Origin: Pristiophorus japonicus | Taxonomy: Eukaryota | Assembly (NCBI RefSeq): GCF_044704955.1 | Contig: NC_091989.1 | Location: forward strand, 46,004,001-46,068,000 | Direction: 5' to 3' | Length of the DNA stretch: 64,000 bases | Shown here: positions 24,925 through 38,018 of the stretch, piece by piece | Layout: every line of letters begins with the position of its first letter | Numbering within the stretch: position 1 is the first letter of the stretch | Made by a program: the position numbers and the translations under genes | The notes under the pieces: model-generated | Database searches by the model: none | What the model saw: the letters and a program-made list of their open reading frames with translations, nothing else | What the model was told of the DNA's origin: nothing

Positions 24925-26410
24925 GCTGCAAAGGGATGTAGACAGGCTGAGTGAGTGGGCAAGAACATGGCAGATGCAATATAATGTGGAGCAGAGTGAA
25001 GTTATCCACTTTGGTAGGAAAAATAGAAAAGCAGAGTGTACTTTTAAATGGTGACAGTCTGGGAAATGTTGGCATTCAAAGAGACCTGGGTGTCCTTGTA
25101 CACGAATCACAGAAAGTTAATGTCATGTGTCCAGTTGGGTAATGCCCCAAGAGAGGCCCCGCTCAGCCTGTGGCCCTGGCCCACCAAGCCATGGTCACGC
25201 ATTCACGTTGACTACGCGGGCCCGTTCATGGGAAGCTGTTCCTCATTGTAGTAGATGCGTACTTGAAATGGATCGAGTGCATCATCCTGAATTCATGTAT
25301 GTCATCCACCACCGTGGAAAGCCTATGTGCGATCTTTGCAACCCATGGCTTGCCGGACATCCTGGTTAGTGATAATGGCCCGTGTTTGACGAGCTATGAA
25401 TTCCGGGAGTTTATGTCGGTCAATGGCATCAACCACTTCAGGACTGCGCCGTTCAAGCTGGCCTCCAATGGCCAGGCGGAATGGGCGGTCCAAATCATTA
25501 AGCAAGATATGCTCAGGATTCAAGGACCCTCCCTACAATGCCGCCTATCGCGCCTCCTGCTGGCCTATAGATCCCGCTCGCACTCACTCACGGGGGTCCC
25601 GCCTGCAGAGCTACTCATGAAACGGACACTCAAAACTCGGTTGTCCCTCATCCACCCAGTCCTGACTGACATTGAGGGCAAGCGCAAGTCACAAAATGAG
25701 TACCATAACCATAATTGAAGGGGGAGATGTATAGAAATAAATGATCCTGTATTTGTCCTCAATCATGCCATGGGGCCCAAATGGCTTGAGGATACTGTAA
25801 TTGACAAAGAAGGGAATAGGGTCATCGTGGTAAAACTCAACAATGGCCAGATATGCCGTAAGCATCTGGACCAAGTAAAAAAAAGATTCAGCATGGACTC
25901 GGAGGAACCTGAAGAAGACCATGAGATGGAGCTCACACTACCGCCAGCGAACGTGCAACAAGAGCAGTCGGAAGAATGCACAGTCCCTGAGGTCAATCCG
26001 GACAGGCCGGAATCACTACAGGTGACAGTCACCCATGTCAGTGTCCAACAACCAGAGCCCCAACTGCGGCGCTCCACGAGGGAGCATAGACCACCTGAAA
26101 GACTGAACCTATGATCCCAGTAAGACTTTGGGGGGGGGGGAAGGTGATGTCATATTTGTAACTACAATGTAACACCACTGTATTACTGTATACACTCAAA
26201 TTAGATGCACACCTTGACCACAGGGGGGTGATCTTGTGGGAGACACTCCTTACCTGATCACACAGGTCCCACGCAGGATCATCACTCTGGAGTCCTGTAA
26301 TAAAGAGTTAAGGTCACAGAGTGGCCTTGTCCCTGGAATGTGCCTAATGTGGTTTCATGCTGTAGAGTAAGGACTTAACAGTTAGCATGCAGGTACAGCA
26401 AGCAATAAAC
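24925..26410 (+). mobile_element. CR1 fragment (24925-25120, 26381-26410) split by a Gypsy derivative
   Basis: LQRDVDRLSEWARTWQMQYNV...RDLGVLVHESQKV continues as SMQVQQA after 26380. Confidence 0.85.
25121..26380 (+). mobile_element. Internally deleted Gypsy LTR retrotransposon (integrase plus 3' LTR 26148-26380)
   Basis: PWSRIHVDYAGP, LVSDNGP, SNGQAE, a G-run PPT, and LTR TGTCAT..TAACA. The left end also starts TGTCAT; TSD GTTAA/GTTAG. Confidence 0.9.
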
Positions 26411-26415
26411 TCAGA

Positions 26416-27540
26416 CTCATAGAAAATAGGAGCAGTAGTAGGCCATTTGGCTCTTCGAGTTTACACCGCCGTTCAATATGATCATGGCTGATCCTCTATC
26501 TCAACACCATATTCCCACTTTTTCCCCATACTCCTTAATGTCTTTTGTTTCTAGAAATCTATCTATCTCCCTCTTAAATATATTCAGTGACTTGGCCTCC
26601 ACCACCTTCTGTGGTAGAGAATTCCACAGGTTCACCACCCTCTGAGTGAAAAGGTTTCTCCTCATCTCGGTCCTAAATTTCCTACCCCGTATCCTGAGAC
26701 TGTGACCCCTTGTTCTAGATTTTCCAGCCAGGGGAAACATCCTCCCCGCATCCAGTCTATCCAACCCAGTCAGAATTTTATATGTTTCAATGAGATCCCC
26801 TCTCATTCTTCTAAACTCGATGTGAATACAGGCATAGTCAACCCAATCGCTCCTCATACGACAGTCTTGCCATCCCAGGAATCAATCTGGTGAACCTTCA
26901 CTGCACTCCTTCTAAGGCAAGTATATCCTTTCTTAGGTAAGGAGACCAAAACTGTGCACAATACTCCAGGTGCGGTCTCATCAAGGCCCTGTATAATTGT
27001 AGTAAGACATCCTTGCTCCTGTACTCAAATCCTCATGCAATGAAGGCCAACATACCATTTGCCTTCCTAACTGCTTGCTGCACCTGCATGTTTGCTTTCA
27101 ATGACTGGTGTACAAGGACACCCAGGTCCCTCTGTACATCAACACTTCCCAAGCCATCACCATTTAAATAATACTTTGTCCTGATGTTTTCCTATCAAAG
27201 TGGATAACTTCACATTTATCCATGTTATACTGCATCTGCCTTGTGTTTACCCACTCACTCAGCCTATCTAAATCGCCTTACAGCGTCTTTGCATCCTCCT
27301 CATAACTCACAATCCCACCTAATTTTGTGTCGTCAGCAAACTTGGAAATATTACATTTGGTTCCCTCATCCAAAACATTTATATATCTATATTGTGAATA
27401 GCTAGGGCCCAAGCACTGATCCCTGTGGTACCCCACTAGTCACTGCCCGCCACCCTGAAAAAGACCCGTTTATTCCTACTCTCTGTTTCCTGTCAGTTAA
27501 CCAATTTACAATCCATGCCAATACATTACCCCCAATCCCA
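26416..27540 (-). mobile_element. CR1 ORF2 3' fragment
   Basis: SGVPQGSVLGP, KFADD and RRMRGDLIETYKIL...WNSLP on the minus strand. Confidence 0.92.
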
Positions 27541-28215
27541 ATTAGGAAAGCAAATGGTATGGTAACCCTCATTAGGAAAGCAAATGGTATGGTAGCCCTC
27601 AAGGGATTGGAGTATAAGAGTAAAGAAGTCTCACTATAATTATATAGGTCTTTGGTGAGACCACATCTGGTGTACTGTGTACAGTTTTGGTCTCCTTACC
27701 TAAGGAAGGATATATTTGCCTTAGAGGGAGTGCAACGAAGATTCACTAGACTGGTTCCTGGGATGAGGGGATTGTCCTATCAGGAGAGATTGAGTAGACT
27801 AGGTCTATATTCCTGAGAGTTTAGAAGAATAAGAGGTAATCTCATTGAAACATATCAAATTCTTACAAGGCTTGACAGGGTAAATGCAGGGAAGATGTTT
27901 CCCCTGGCTGGGGAGTCTAGAACATGGGGACATAGTCTCACAGTAAAGGGTCGGCCATCTAGGACTGAGATGAGGAGAACTTTCTTCACTAAAAAGGTTG
28001 TAAATCTTTGGAATTCTCAACCCTAGAGAGATGTGACTGCTCTGTTGTTGAGTATATTCAAGACAGAGATCAATAGATTTTTGGATACTAAGGGGATAAT
28101 GTGGGAAAGTGGAGTTGAAGTAAAACATCAGTCATGATCTTATTACATGGTGGAACAGACTAGTGGGGCCGAAGGACCTATTCTTGCTCCTATTGATAAA
28201 GTTCACATGTTCTTA
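27541..28215 (+). mobile_element. CR1 3' fragment, head-to-head with the previous one
   Basis: IRKANGM...LVRPHL...RFTRLVPG remnants; a 30-bp tandem duplication at the junction. Confidence 0.88.
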
Positions 28216-28334
28216 CATTCTTATTCTTTGCACTGTTTTGTTCCAGGTTAGTGTGATTATAATGAACATGTACAGATGGAAGTGGCAATCTTTGAAAGAA
28301 ACCATTGAAAAATAGCCAATTTATTTCAGTATTC

Positions 28335-28510
28335 ATCTCAGTCCTAAATGGCCAAACTATTAATGTGAGACTGTGACCCCTAGTTCTAGACGCCCCATCC
28401 AGGGGAACATCCTCCCAGCATCCACCCTGTCAAGCCCTTTAAGATTTTTATATGTTTCAATGAGATTACTTCTCATTCTTCTAAACTATAGGGAATATAG
28501 CCCTACTCTA
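28335..28510 (-). mobile_element. Short CR1 fragment
   Basis: Similar to the 26660-26815 CR1 segment. Confidence 0.75.
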
Positions 28511-29054
28511 CTTTGTAGTGATGCAGTCAATAAAAGCAGATATTTGGGATAGGGGCAGCATATGGATAAATTGCAAGATAATATTGGTCTATTTCAAGAG
28601 CATTTTTTGTTAAATAAGAAATATGTGTGTCGCTTGTAAATGAGCAGGGTCAGTGGAAACTGAGATGTTCACAAGAGTTGTAGGGATTTTGGTGAACCCA
28701 GAACATTGCCTACATACGTAATCGCATTTATTTATCAATAAAATCGTTGTCAACATATGTTTTCAATAATAAAGCCGAGTGAGAAGCATTAATTCAAACT
28801 CTAGACACTTTTATTAAATAACTCACTGCCTTAACAAAGTACCAAATTTACAATCAAGACATGGGAAGATTGGTATAGCAGCAGCAATTTTGATGGAGAA
28901 AGTGGACACTGAGCAATAAAGTTGAATTTCATGATATCGTAAGATGCCGTTGCTCCTTTTTATTTGCCAAGATGTAGAAGTCTGTCATTGTTTGGTGCGT
29001 CTGTAGCTGTGTCAATGGAGACAACTAAACGTAAAGGTGGTCTGATTTTTTTTG

Positions 29055-29478
29055 TGGGGGCCCGGGTTATTTTTTAATGCGGTGGAGACCGAAAAGATCT
29101 ATCTGTTAGCAGACCGGCTGAACCCGCGGCTATAATTGTTGGCCCAACCTGACAATCGGCCAACAAAAATAAACATGGCGTCGCCGGCAGCGCCACCTCC
29201 CCTTTAAGGGCAGCTGGGCCACCAAGCCACACAAAGGCAAAGCTGTCGTGGGCACTGACCAGTGGCAGTGCTGCTCCCATGGGGCAATGCCAGAAAAGGG
29301 GCAATTTTGGGAAGGGATCGCCACCGGTCAGTCAGGGATCGGCGCGTGCTCCGGGAAAACAGGCGGAATGGTCCCCTACGCCGCTCCAAACCTGAGGAAG
29401 GGCAATTTAAAAAATGGTGGCCCCTCCGCAGAGACTCGGCGGCCATTCACCTGAAAGAAAGGGGCAATTTCGGCCCCC
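29055..29478. mobile_element. Partial MITE (right arm)
   Basis: Ends GGGGCAATTTCGGCCCC, the same TIR as the 8227 element; CpG-rich body related to it. Confidence 0.7.
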
Positions 29479-31673
29479 TAGAATTGTAAATGAAATCTAC
29501 CTTGTACTAACTTTTCAGTTAACAGTCATGAATTTTCTGCTTGAATTCTAAAAGTGCAGTCAATGATCCATTGACAGTGTTGGAGCAGAGTCCTTTAAAG
29601 GTTATTACTGCTGTGCTAATACCTATTTTATTATTTTCACACAAGGCTCCCTGATTGTTGCCATTTGTTACCTGGCTACTTTATTTTGTAACATTACAAA
29701 AAAAAATAATGTGGTGCATTAAAACATTTTTCTCACTTCCAGTCTGGTTTGCTTGCAAGTTCATAACTTCAAAACTGCGGATTGGTGATAACATAATCAT
29801 CAATGAGTTACAGAGCAAACCAAGGCTGCGTGTCACATACATCAGGGAGGTCCTGACATCCATGCTGCTCCTGCCTGTTTTGCATGTACTGTTAATCGTT
29901 ACATCATGTGTAAGCTGTTGGCACCACATCGACTGCCAACAGATTTTAATGTCAAGCCTTAATCACCTACCATAGGACACAGGATTCAAACTGTTGTAAG
30001 AGATTGAAATAGACTGCAGAATGTGGCATGGCTGCACACTGGAATTCTTCAATTAATACAGGTGAGAGATTGCATAACAGATGACTTGATGCTTTGATGA
30101 TTTAAGGTTAAATTTCAGTATGACATCATTTGCAGAACCATATTTTATACTTAACCCATAAGCAGACGTTGAACTAGTTCAAGCTATCTGAATTGATAAG
30201 AACTCATTATTATTACAACCCAATCCCAATAATTAGCTGTTACCTTGAAACTTCTTGCCACTTCTCATCGTGCTCGATCACTCTTGTTAACAGATGATTT
30301 TATTTTTCAAAATGCCTTCCATTGTGCTCTGTTCAGAAATGAATTGCCACGAAGAACAGCACAATTTGTAACGTTACAATACTGTTCTTCATGGCTCTTT
30401 ATTGCTGTTATAGAGGAAGAACTGCATATATTCTTGCAGCCTGTTGGTCTTGAAGTGCTGAGCGTCTCAACTCGTTGGTTTGGGTGAAAAATGATCCTCG
30501 GGTTCAGCAAATCTTGTTCAATAATGGATTTTGCATCCCAGCCCAATCTTTCATATCAGCTCAGTTCACCTTAAGCCATCGTAACACTTAGCCAAAGCAG
30601 CTGTTCATACAAGAATGTTCTAAAATAACATTTAAAAATGTTCATGCTAAACGAAAGCTTCCAACTGCAATCTCTGTGTTCTGGAACAAGAACCACTTCT
30701 GAATTAATGGTGTCTAAAATACCATTTAATAAGGAAAAATATAAATTGGTATCACTACAGGTAATACTCTGGCTCCTCTTACAAGGAGCCTGTAAGATAA
30801 ACTAATGTGGTTGTTCCATGTAAAGGACACCGGTATTCTCAAGTTATTTACCGAACATGCAGTTTGATTGCAGCGGTTGGTAAGCTTTTTACTAAAGACG
30901 AGCACCACATGTGAATCAATTGAAATGGAACCAAATTGAATTTATTCTGGCACAGTTTGTATGGGTACGGTTTGATTCCTCCCACAAGATATTATAATAT
31001 GACATTTTGCATGGTACCATTTTAGCAGCTGCATACCAAATGTTCATGTATTTGTATCTTTCAACTGCCTATAATGGAGCCTTCCAATTTTTTTAATGAC
31101 TCCTGTTCCTATATGTATATATGTTTTTTGTCAAATTAATTTGATTTCAATGGAATTCTGGTTGCCACCCATTCCAACATATCATTCCCTACAATGGGCT
31201 GGAGAGGTATTTGTCCATAGGAATTTGATTTCCATTGTGCTGCCGTGACGATGTCTCTGAGGTAATCTCGCTGTACATCTGTCTGTGATATCTGTTTCCC
31301 TGGCAGCTTAGGTGGACATCTGCCAATGACATCTGTTTCCCTGGCATCCCAAGGATGCTCTCCTCAATAACTTTGTGCACTTGTACAGATTTTTCTGGAC
31401 TGCACAATCTGAATTTCAGGTGACCCAAACATGATTATCTTGTTCATCTCTACCTTGTCGAGGTAAATTATTCTGTCACTGAGAACACAATCATTTGTGT
31501 TTTTGTGTGTATTGAAAATCTTAAAAATCTACTCCATAATTAGAATAGAAATTATTTCTAAATTAATTGAGAAATGTATCAATTAACAAACAGTTGTGGT
31601 TATACATTTATCAATGAAATAGCTCTCTTTTATATAATTAATTTTGTATCCTTGTAATTACAATTCACATTAT

Positions 31674-32632
31674 GGGCTGGATTTTCCTTTGAAATCGCCC
31701 CCGCCCGATCCTTAGCAGTGTTTTTCAAACGCGGGAATCCCGCTGGTGCGCGCTCCCGCCGTTTTCGGGTGCTCATGTCGGCGGTGGTGAAGCGGTGCAG
31801 GAGCGAAGTGGAGCAGGCGTTGTGCGGCAGAGGAGGCCTATCGACTCGGGAATCTTCGGCTTCCAAGTTGTGCGCACGCACGCGCCTCTGTCAAGCTCTG
31901 CCCCCCTCCAAAGGCACCGAGGAGATGCCAGAGACTGCCGGCCTGAGATCACTGTGGGGGAGGGATTGCTGTGTGGGGGGTGGGAAAGAGAGGTCGCTCT
32001 GTGTGGGGGGGCGAGAGGAAGAGAGATCGCTGTGTGGGGGGAGGGGAAGAGAGATCGCTGTGTGGGGGGAGGGGAAGAGAGATCGCTGGTGGGGGGAGCG
32101 GTGAGATCACTGTAGGGGGTGTGACAGATTGGTAGGTGAGATAGATTGGGGGGGTGAGAGAGACTGGGGGGTGAGAGAGACTGGGGGGTGAGAGAGACTG
32201 GGGGCGGGGGGCAGGTAGTGAGTGAGACTGGGGGGGGTGAGTGAGATTGGGGGGGTGAGTGAGACTAGTGAGTGAGAAAGACTAAGGGAGTAAATAAGGC
32301 TTTATTAGACCATTTATATTATTGCCTAACACTAGAAAATACTACAATCCATTGTAAAAATACATCAAACTGTGGAGAACTCTAAAGATCTGTGTAATAT
32401 CAAACAAACCTGTCAGATCTGTGTCCATACCGCCCACTTAAGATCCAGTAAGATCTGATTTTTCAGGACAGTATTAAGGTTCGGTGGTAAACGGATCTTA
32501 ATGATGAAACTTCCATTTTGGGTGGTAATATATGGGCGGACAATATCGAATACCGCCCGGCGGTAATGACTGGAATTTACCGCCAGGTGTTATCTGGCGG
32601 TAAATGAGCAATTTGAGAGGAAACTCTAGTCT
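31674..32632. mobile_element. PIF/Harbinger-type MITE with an internal G-rich minisatellite (about 31940-32280)
   Basis: GGGCTGGATTTTCC / GGAAACTCTAGTCT with TAT on both flanks; repeats of gagatcgctgtgtggggg and gagagactgggggggt. Confidence 0.75.
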
Positions 32633-32635
32633 TAT

Positions 32636-33245
32636 GGATTCAAGTCCCAATCCAGAGACTTGAGCACATAAATCTAAGCTGACACTCCAGTGCAGTGCTG
32701 AGGGAGTGCTTCATTGTTGGAGGTGCCATCTTTCGGACGAGACATTACATCAAGTCTACTCTCTCAGGTGGACATAAAAGATGCCATGGCACTATTTGGA
32801 AGAAGAGCAGAGGAGTTATCCCCCGGTGTCCTGGCCAATATTTATCCCTTAATCAACATAACAAAACAGATTATCTGGTCATTAGCATCTTTGATGTTTG
32901 TGGGAGCTAGGGTGTGTGCAAATTAGCTGCTGCATTTCCCACATTAGAACAGTGGCTACACTCCAAAAGTACTTCATTCGCTGTAAAGTGCTTTGAGATG
33001 TTCAATGGTCATGAAAGGTGCTATATAAATGCAAGTCGTTCTTTCTTTCTAAACTCCTTTGTCTCTCCACCTCCCGCTTTTCCTTTAAGACCCTCATTAA
33101 AAGCCACCTGTTTGACCACCTTTTCTGAAACCGCTTTTAATATCTCCTTCTTCAACTGGGCACCCATTTTTGTCTGATTATGCCTCGGTGAAGCACATTG
33201 AGATGTTTACTGAGTTATAGGTGCTAAAAAAATGCAAGTTGCTGC
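32636..33245 (+). mobile_element. Deu-domain SINE (5'-clipped) followed by an L2-like tail
   Basis: Deu core present. The tail at 33050-33245 resembles 7270-7470. Confidence 0.8.
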
Positions 33246-34579
33246 AACCATGTGCATATGTTTGCTTCTTATTATGTATATACACAAGTTTGACTGTGGA
33301 AAATAACAGCCAATTATCATATTCAACTTGTGTATTTGTTTGATTTGAGGAAAGATTATAATCCATAAATGTGCGAATAATACTGTAAGGATGGAGTCAG
33401 CTCAGAGGTTCAGAGCCATTCAAGCGAACCAGAAACGCTGTAAAGGTTATCATAAAAGTAATACGAACTTAATACATGTGCCGTATTCACTCATTCCCCA
33501 CGGCCAGTTAAATACCAGAAGAAATGAGTTACTGTCCATCAATTAGCATTTTGTAATCATCAGGGGCTGAGATAGCAAAGGTATGAACTTATGAAAATGA
33601 ATCCTGCCAAAAGAGCACAGAATGGTGCAGAAATAAATGTATAAATGGTCGAACTAACATTTCAAGAAAAGACTCCTCAATTCAATGGTTATTATAGTTG
33701 AGTTGTGATACGAGTATAATGGAAGTTCAGTGTGTGATTGGCAGGTTATGAACACTGCAGCAGAGTCAGTTTTGAATGTCCTGCGTGAGTCAATGCTGTG
33801 CATCTCATAAATCTCAGCACAACCGAAGTTACCGTCAAATTATTTCAATCACGAAGTGCTCCCAATATCAATAGGTTTGTTTGATAAGCTCTCACCAGGA
33901 AAATAATTTGCCTCCAGTGTTCTTCATTTGTAGCTCAAAGGGTGGTCTGGTTTGCAGTGTGCTCATTTTTTTATGCAGGGAACCAATACTTGATCTGTTT
34001 TTCAAAATTGCCTTCTGCTGATTTTTCCTATTACTTCCGGTCAACGTTGTCTTCCGAAGCTGGTCATTATGTTATTGAAGAACAGCCAGAGAGGTTCTCA
34101 AGTACTGTCCCACAAAGAACTTCGATGGACGTCTGCAAATAACAACGTTAATAAGACGTGAGAGGCTGTCAAACAAAATGTATTTTTGCTTTTACAAAAA
34201 GTAAATCCGACCGGAAATGGAAATTCTGGAGAGTGATGGAGTATGGTGCTGATTGCCTAAACAAAAGCAACACTAGGGGACATTGGAGGACACGATGGCT
34301 GGGAACTTTGTTTGAAACTTTTTTAAAAATCTACTTTTGCTCCCTCCCTGTGTCTGATTTTAAATGGGCAGTGGAAGCTGTGTCAGCTCTGATTCTGGTG
34401 TTCAGAAATTCCACTGAAACTAGTGTAACTGGCTTTGTAAAAACCTGATAATACAGGTCCTGGGAATGTGGATTGACTGGTGTTTGGGAGTGTTGCCCCC
34501 ATTTGGGTGTGCCTTTGTGGTCCAGTGCAAAATTGTCTGGGCCAGCTGTAATCCCCAGATGATATATTGGCCCTGGAGA

Positions 34580-34931
34580 TCAGGGCCCAGAAGAGGCGTG
34601 AGTTCGGGGCCAGGGGCTCAGGGGCAGCACGGGCCAGCCCACACTGCGATATGTGTACACACTGGGTCCGTGCAGCAGAGCAGGTGTCCAGTCATCTTGG
34701 AGAACCCTTGCCACTGGACCAAGGCCTAGCTCTGTCAAGCCCATGTGGTAGCTGATGTGCAACGGCCACCACACATTAAAAAAATCCACGCACAGGCATC
34801 TTCCACACTTCAAGATGTAGTTCGGAATCTGGAATATTAGGTCCTTTGTTGAAACACCTGTGAACTCATCCTTTTTTGGCGTGGAAGCAAGTCATCCTCG
34901 ATACGAGCGACCGCCTATGATGATGATGATG
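34580..34931 (+). mobile_element. Non-autonomous retroposon with a (TGA)n tail, family not identified
   Basis: A second copy lies inverted at about 52453-52790; ends gaccgcctatgatgatgatgat. Confidence 0.65.
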
Positions 34932-35221
34932 AGTATCTTTTCTTGTCTTTTAAATTTCAAATAACAAGAATGTTAACATAAATGGAAATGATGAATGCAG
35001 TGTTTGCAATCTGTTCTGACAAGATTTATGATTTGGAATTCCTGTCACAGGTCAAAATTTCTTGTTCTCTGCATTGTCTAGTTAAGTCTAATTTTTATGA
35101 GAAATCATGTAAGAGCAGACTACATCTCAAAAGGAATGCTGATTCCATCTTGTATTCTTAAAAGGAAATGTTCGAAGCAGACTGGTGAACTATATATTAC
35201 AGTGTAAATCATTGTTATTTT

Positions 35222-35773
35222 ACATAGAATTTTACAGCTGAAAAGGAGGCCATTCGGTTAAAAGAGTTCTTTAAAAGAGCTATCCAATTAGTCCCACTAC
35301 CCTGCTCTTTCCCCATAACCCTGCAAATGTTTGCTTTTCAAGTATATATCCCTCTTGAAAATCACTATGGGCTTCCACCAACCTCTCAGGCAGTGCATTC
35401 CAGATCAGAACACCTCACTGCGTAAAAGAACTCTCTTTGCCCCTCTGGTTATTTTGCCAATTATTTTAAATCTCTGTCCTCTGGTTACTAACCCTCCTGC
35501 CAGTGGAAATAGTTTCTTATTTACTCTATCAAAACCATTCATAACTTTGAACACTTCAACTAAATGTACTCATAATCTTCTCTGCTTTAAGGAGAACAAT
35601 CACAGATTCTCTAGTCTCTCCACATAACTGAAGATCCTTGTCCCTATCATTCTATCATTCTCGTAAATCTCCTCTGCAGCCTGACATCTTTCCTAAAGTG
35701 GTGTCCAGAATTGGATACAATACTACAGCTGAGGCCTAAGCAGTGATTTATAAATTATGATTTTGCACTCAAT
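35222..35773 (-). mobile_element. Old CR1 3' fragment
   Basis: Degenerate RT C-terminal remnants and 3' UTR; continues for a few bases after 36599. Confidence 0.7.
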
Positions 35774-36599
35774 GGCCGGAATTGTCTCAAGGGATAGGGC
35801 CTCGGGGCCTCCGAGGCGAGCGGGAAACCCAGGAGTCCGGGCTTCCTGGAGGCCGTGCCGGCTTTAACAGCAGGGCCAGATTTGTATGTGAAGCCTTGGA
35901 TTCCTGCCTGCAGCCAGATTGAGAGACTGGCCGGCTACAGGTGGGTAGGCTTGCAGATGCAAGGGGAGGGGTCACTGGGTGGGGGGGGGGGGGGGTGTAA
36001 TCGGCAGTCAGGGATCGTGAGGGGGTGTGGGGGTGGGGGGGGGTCAGCCAGAGCATTAGCAGTGGGGGAGTTGGCCATGGATTGTGGAGTTCAGCAGGGG
36101 ATCGGGATCGATGGGGCAGGGGGGGGAGTGAGAGGCTGGGGAAGAGGATCGGGGATGGCTGCTAAAGGATTGTGGCTGGGCTCAGCATCATCTGTGGGGG
36201 TGGGGTGGAGGAGGGAGGGGATCAGAGGCCTGGGAATGCGATCAGAGGCCTCGTGAGGGGTTCTCCGATCGTAGGGGATGGGTTAGGTCAGAACCTGGAT
36301 CCGGGGGTAGATATAAAGCAAAATACCTCCTGGATACAGCAGTCCCCACCTGGTGTGGAATTGTGTGAAACGCGTCCACGTGCAGTTATAAACAAAATGG
36401 AGGTTAATAAAGAGGCTTCCAACCTGATTATAATATTTAAATTGGTGTTCTACCCCCTGGGAGCAGGTTGGTCGTCCACTCCCGTTAAAACTGGAAGTGG
36501 GCGAGTTAGAGGCGGGATCAGGTCGGGAATCCCATTTATAACAATTTAAATGGCCCCACGCTACAAACCCACCCGTTTTTTAGGTGGAAAATTCCAGCC
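35774..36599. mobile_element. MITE with a G-rich interior
   Basis: GGCCGGAATT / AATTCCAGCC termini with flanks aat/tat, inside a CR1 relic. Confidence 0.7.
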
Positions 36600-37321
36600 T
36601 ATGCCTTTATTCATCTCTGGTATTTTGGTAACCATGAATCGTCTATAGGAAAAATAACAGCAATGAATATTAATTTTAAATATCTAATCATGGATAAGAG
36701 GTTGAATATGATGTTTATTCTACTGGTGGCAAAGGCCTAAGTAATTCAATTGTAGCTTTGATATTCCAAATATTATACAGGGCTCCTTCATCATTGGAAT
36801 AAATATTACATTCAATAACTTTCCACCTAGCACTTTATTTGAGAATGCATGAATTACATATTTTGTTTCAAATTTAAAAATAAACATAGCTTTCAGTTGT
36901 ACAATGTTGGCCAGTTAGCATGATCTTTTTCTTGTACTGAGTTGGAACACCGTGAAGTAGCATCATGGTTGCCATGACTGGGCTGCTTGTTGATTGTACG
37001 TTGTGAGGGAGATTGATTGTTACACTGTGCCAGTTGTGTGGGTTGCTTTATTTGTGTTACTGACAGTACAAAAGGCTCAGTGGCAGTTACGATGTGCAAG
37101 TTGTTATGGTTACAGCTGGCAGTTCCTGCTACAAGTGCAATTGCTGCGACAAGTGCAATTGCATAGCAGTTAAAAGTCTTTTTTGAACTGCCGTTAACTT
37201 GTGGGAATGTAATTCTGGTCATGTTGTTTTTGCCTGCCAGTGGAGTATGGCATTTAATTTAAATAGGATGACAATCATTTATCCACAGCATGATTGGCTG
37301 AATACATTTTGTGTAAAGAAT

Positions 37322-38018
37322 GCCCCAGAAATTGCAGTTGGAGGCTTTCCGCGGATGCTTCCGACTGCAATAATTTCTACAAAAGTAGCTGGCAGTCCCT
37401 GAGGTTCGTTGACTTGCAGTCCTAGGGCTCTACGCAGAGGCCAGCTGACGGGCCCACGTATCCCAGGATCGTACGGGTTTCATACGGATCTCTGGGATCA
37501 CGTATGCCAGCCCAACTTATCAGAGTAGGGGGATCCCCATTCACACATAGTAAATCTGTATGTACGGAGCTGTCATAAGTATGAATGGGAATACCCCCAA
37601 AAACACAGAAACACTGAAAATAATTTTTTAAAACACCACATAATATATTTAAAATTCATTAAAATGCAATGTAATTAAATATTTTATAAAAAATTTATTT
37701 TTTGGAATATGTTTTAACAGGGCTAAAAATAAACTTGCCTTAATGGACAGGGTTTTTAATATATAAATGAGTGATATATTTTTCTATTTTTAAAAAACTC
37801 TTATGCTGGTAAAAGCAGGACATTTGCTGGGCAGGAACTCTCTGCCCACGGAGGCCCCTTTCCTTCGCATGAGTGCAATCTGCCAATAGGATTTTTGACA
37901 GATCGCAAGTGCTGGGTTTCGGTGCATGTGCATCTCATACATAAACCCGGAACTTGCAGGGACTCCACAGGCATGTGCGCACTTCGTATGCGCCCATGGG
38001 GAGCGCAATTTCAGGACC
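37322..38018. mobile_element. MITE, relative of the ERV host element
   Basis: GCCCCAGAAATTGC / GCAATTTCAGGACC termini, an internal palindrome at about 37528-37598, and an AT-rich spacer. Confidence 0.75.

Noticed and set aside
30243-30620. Exon-like segment with minus-strand acceptor and donor
   Set aside because: No frame I read stays open across it; at most a non-coding exon.
33973-34157. Plus-strand exon candidate after ttttttatgcag
   Set aside because: All three frames stop before the donor; peptide not recognisable.
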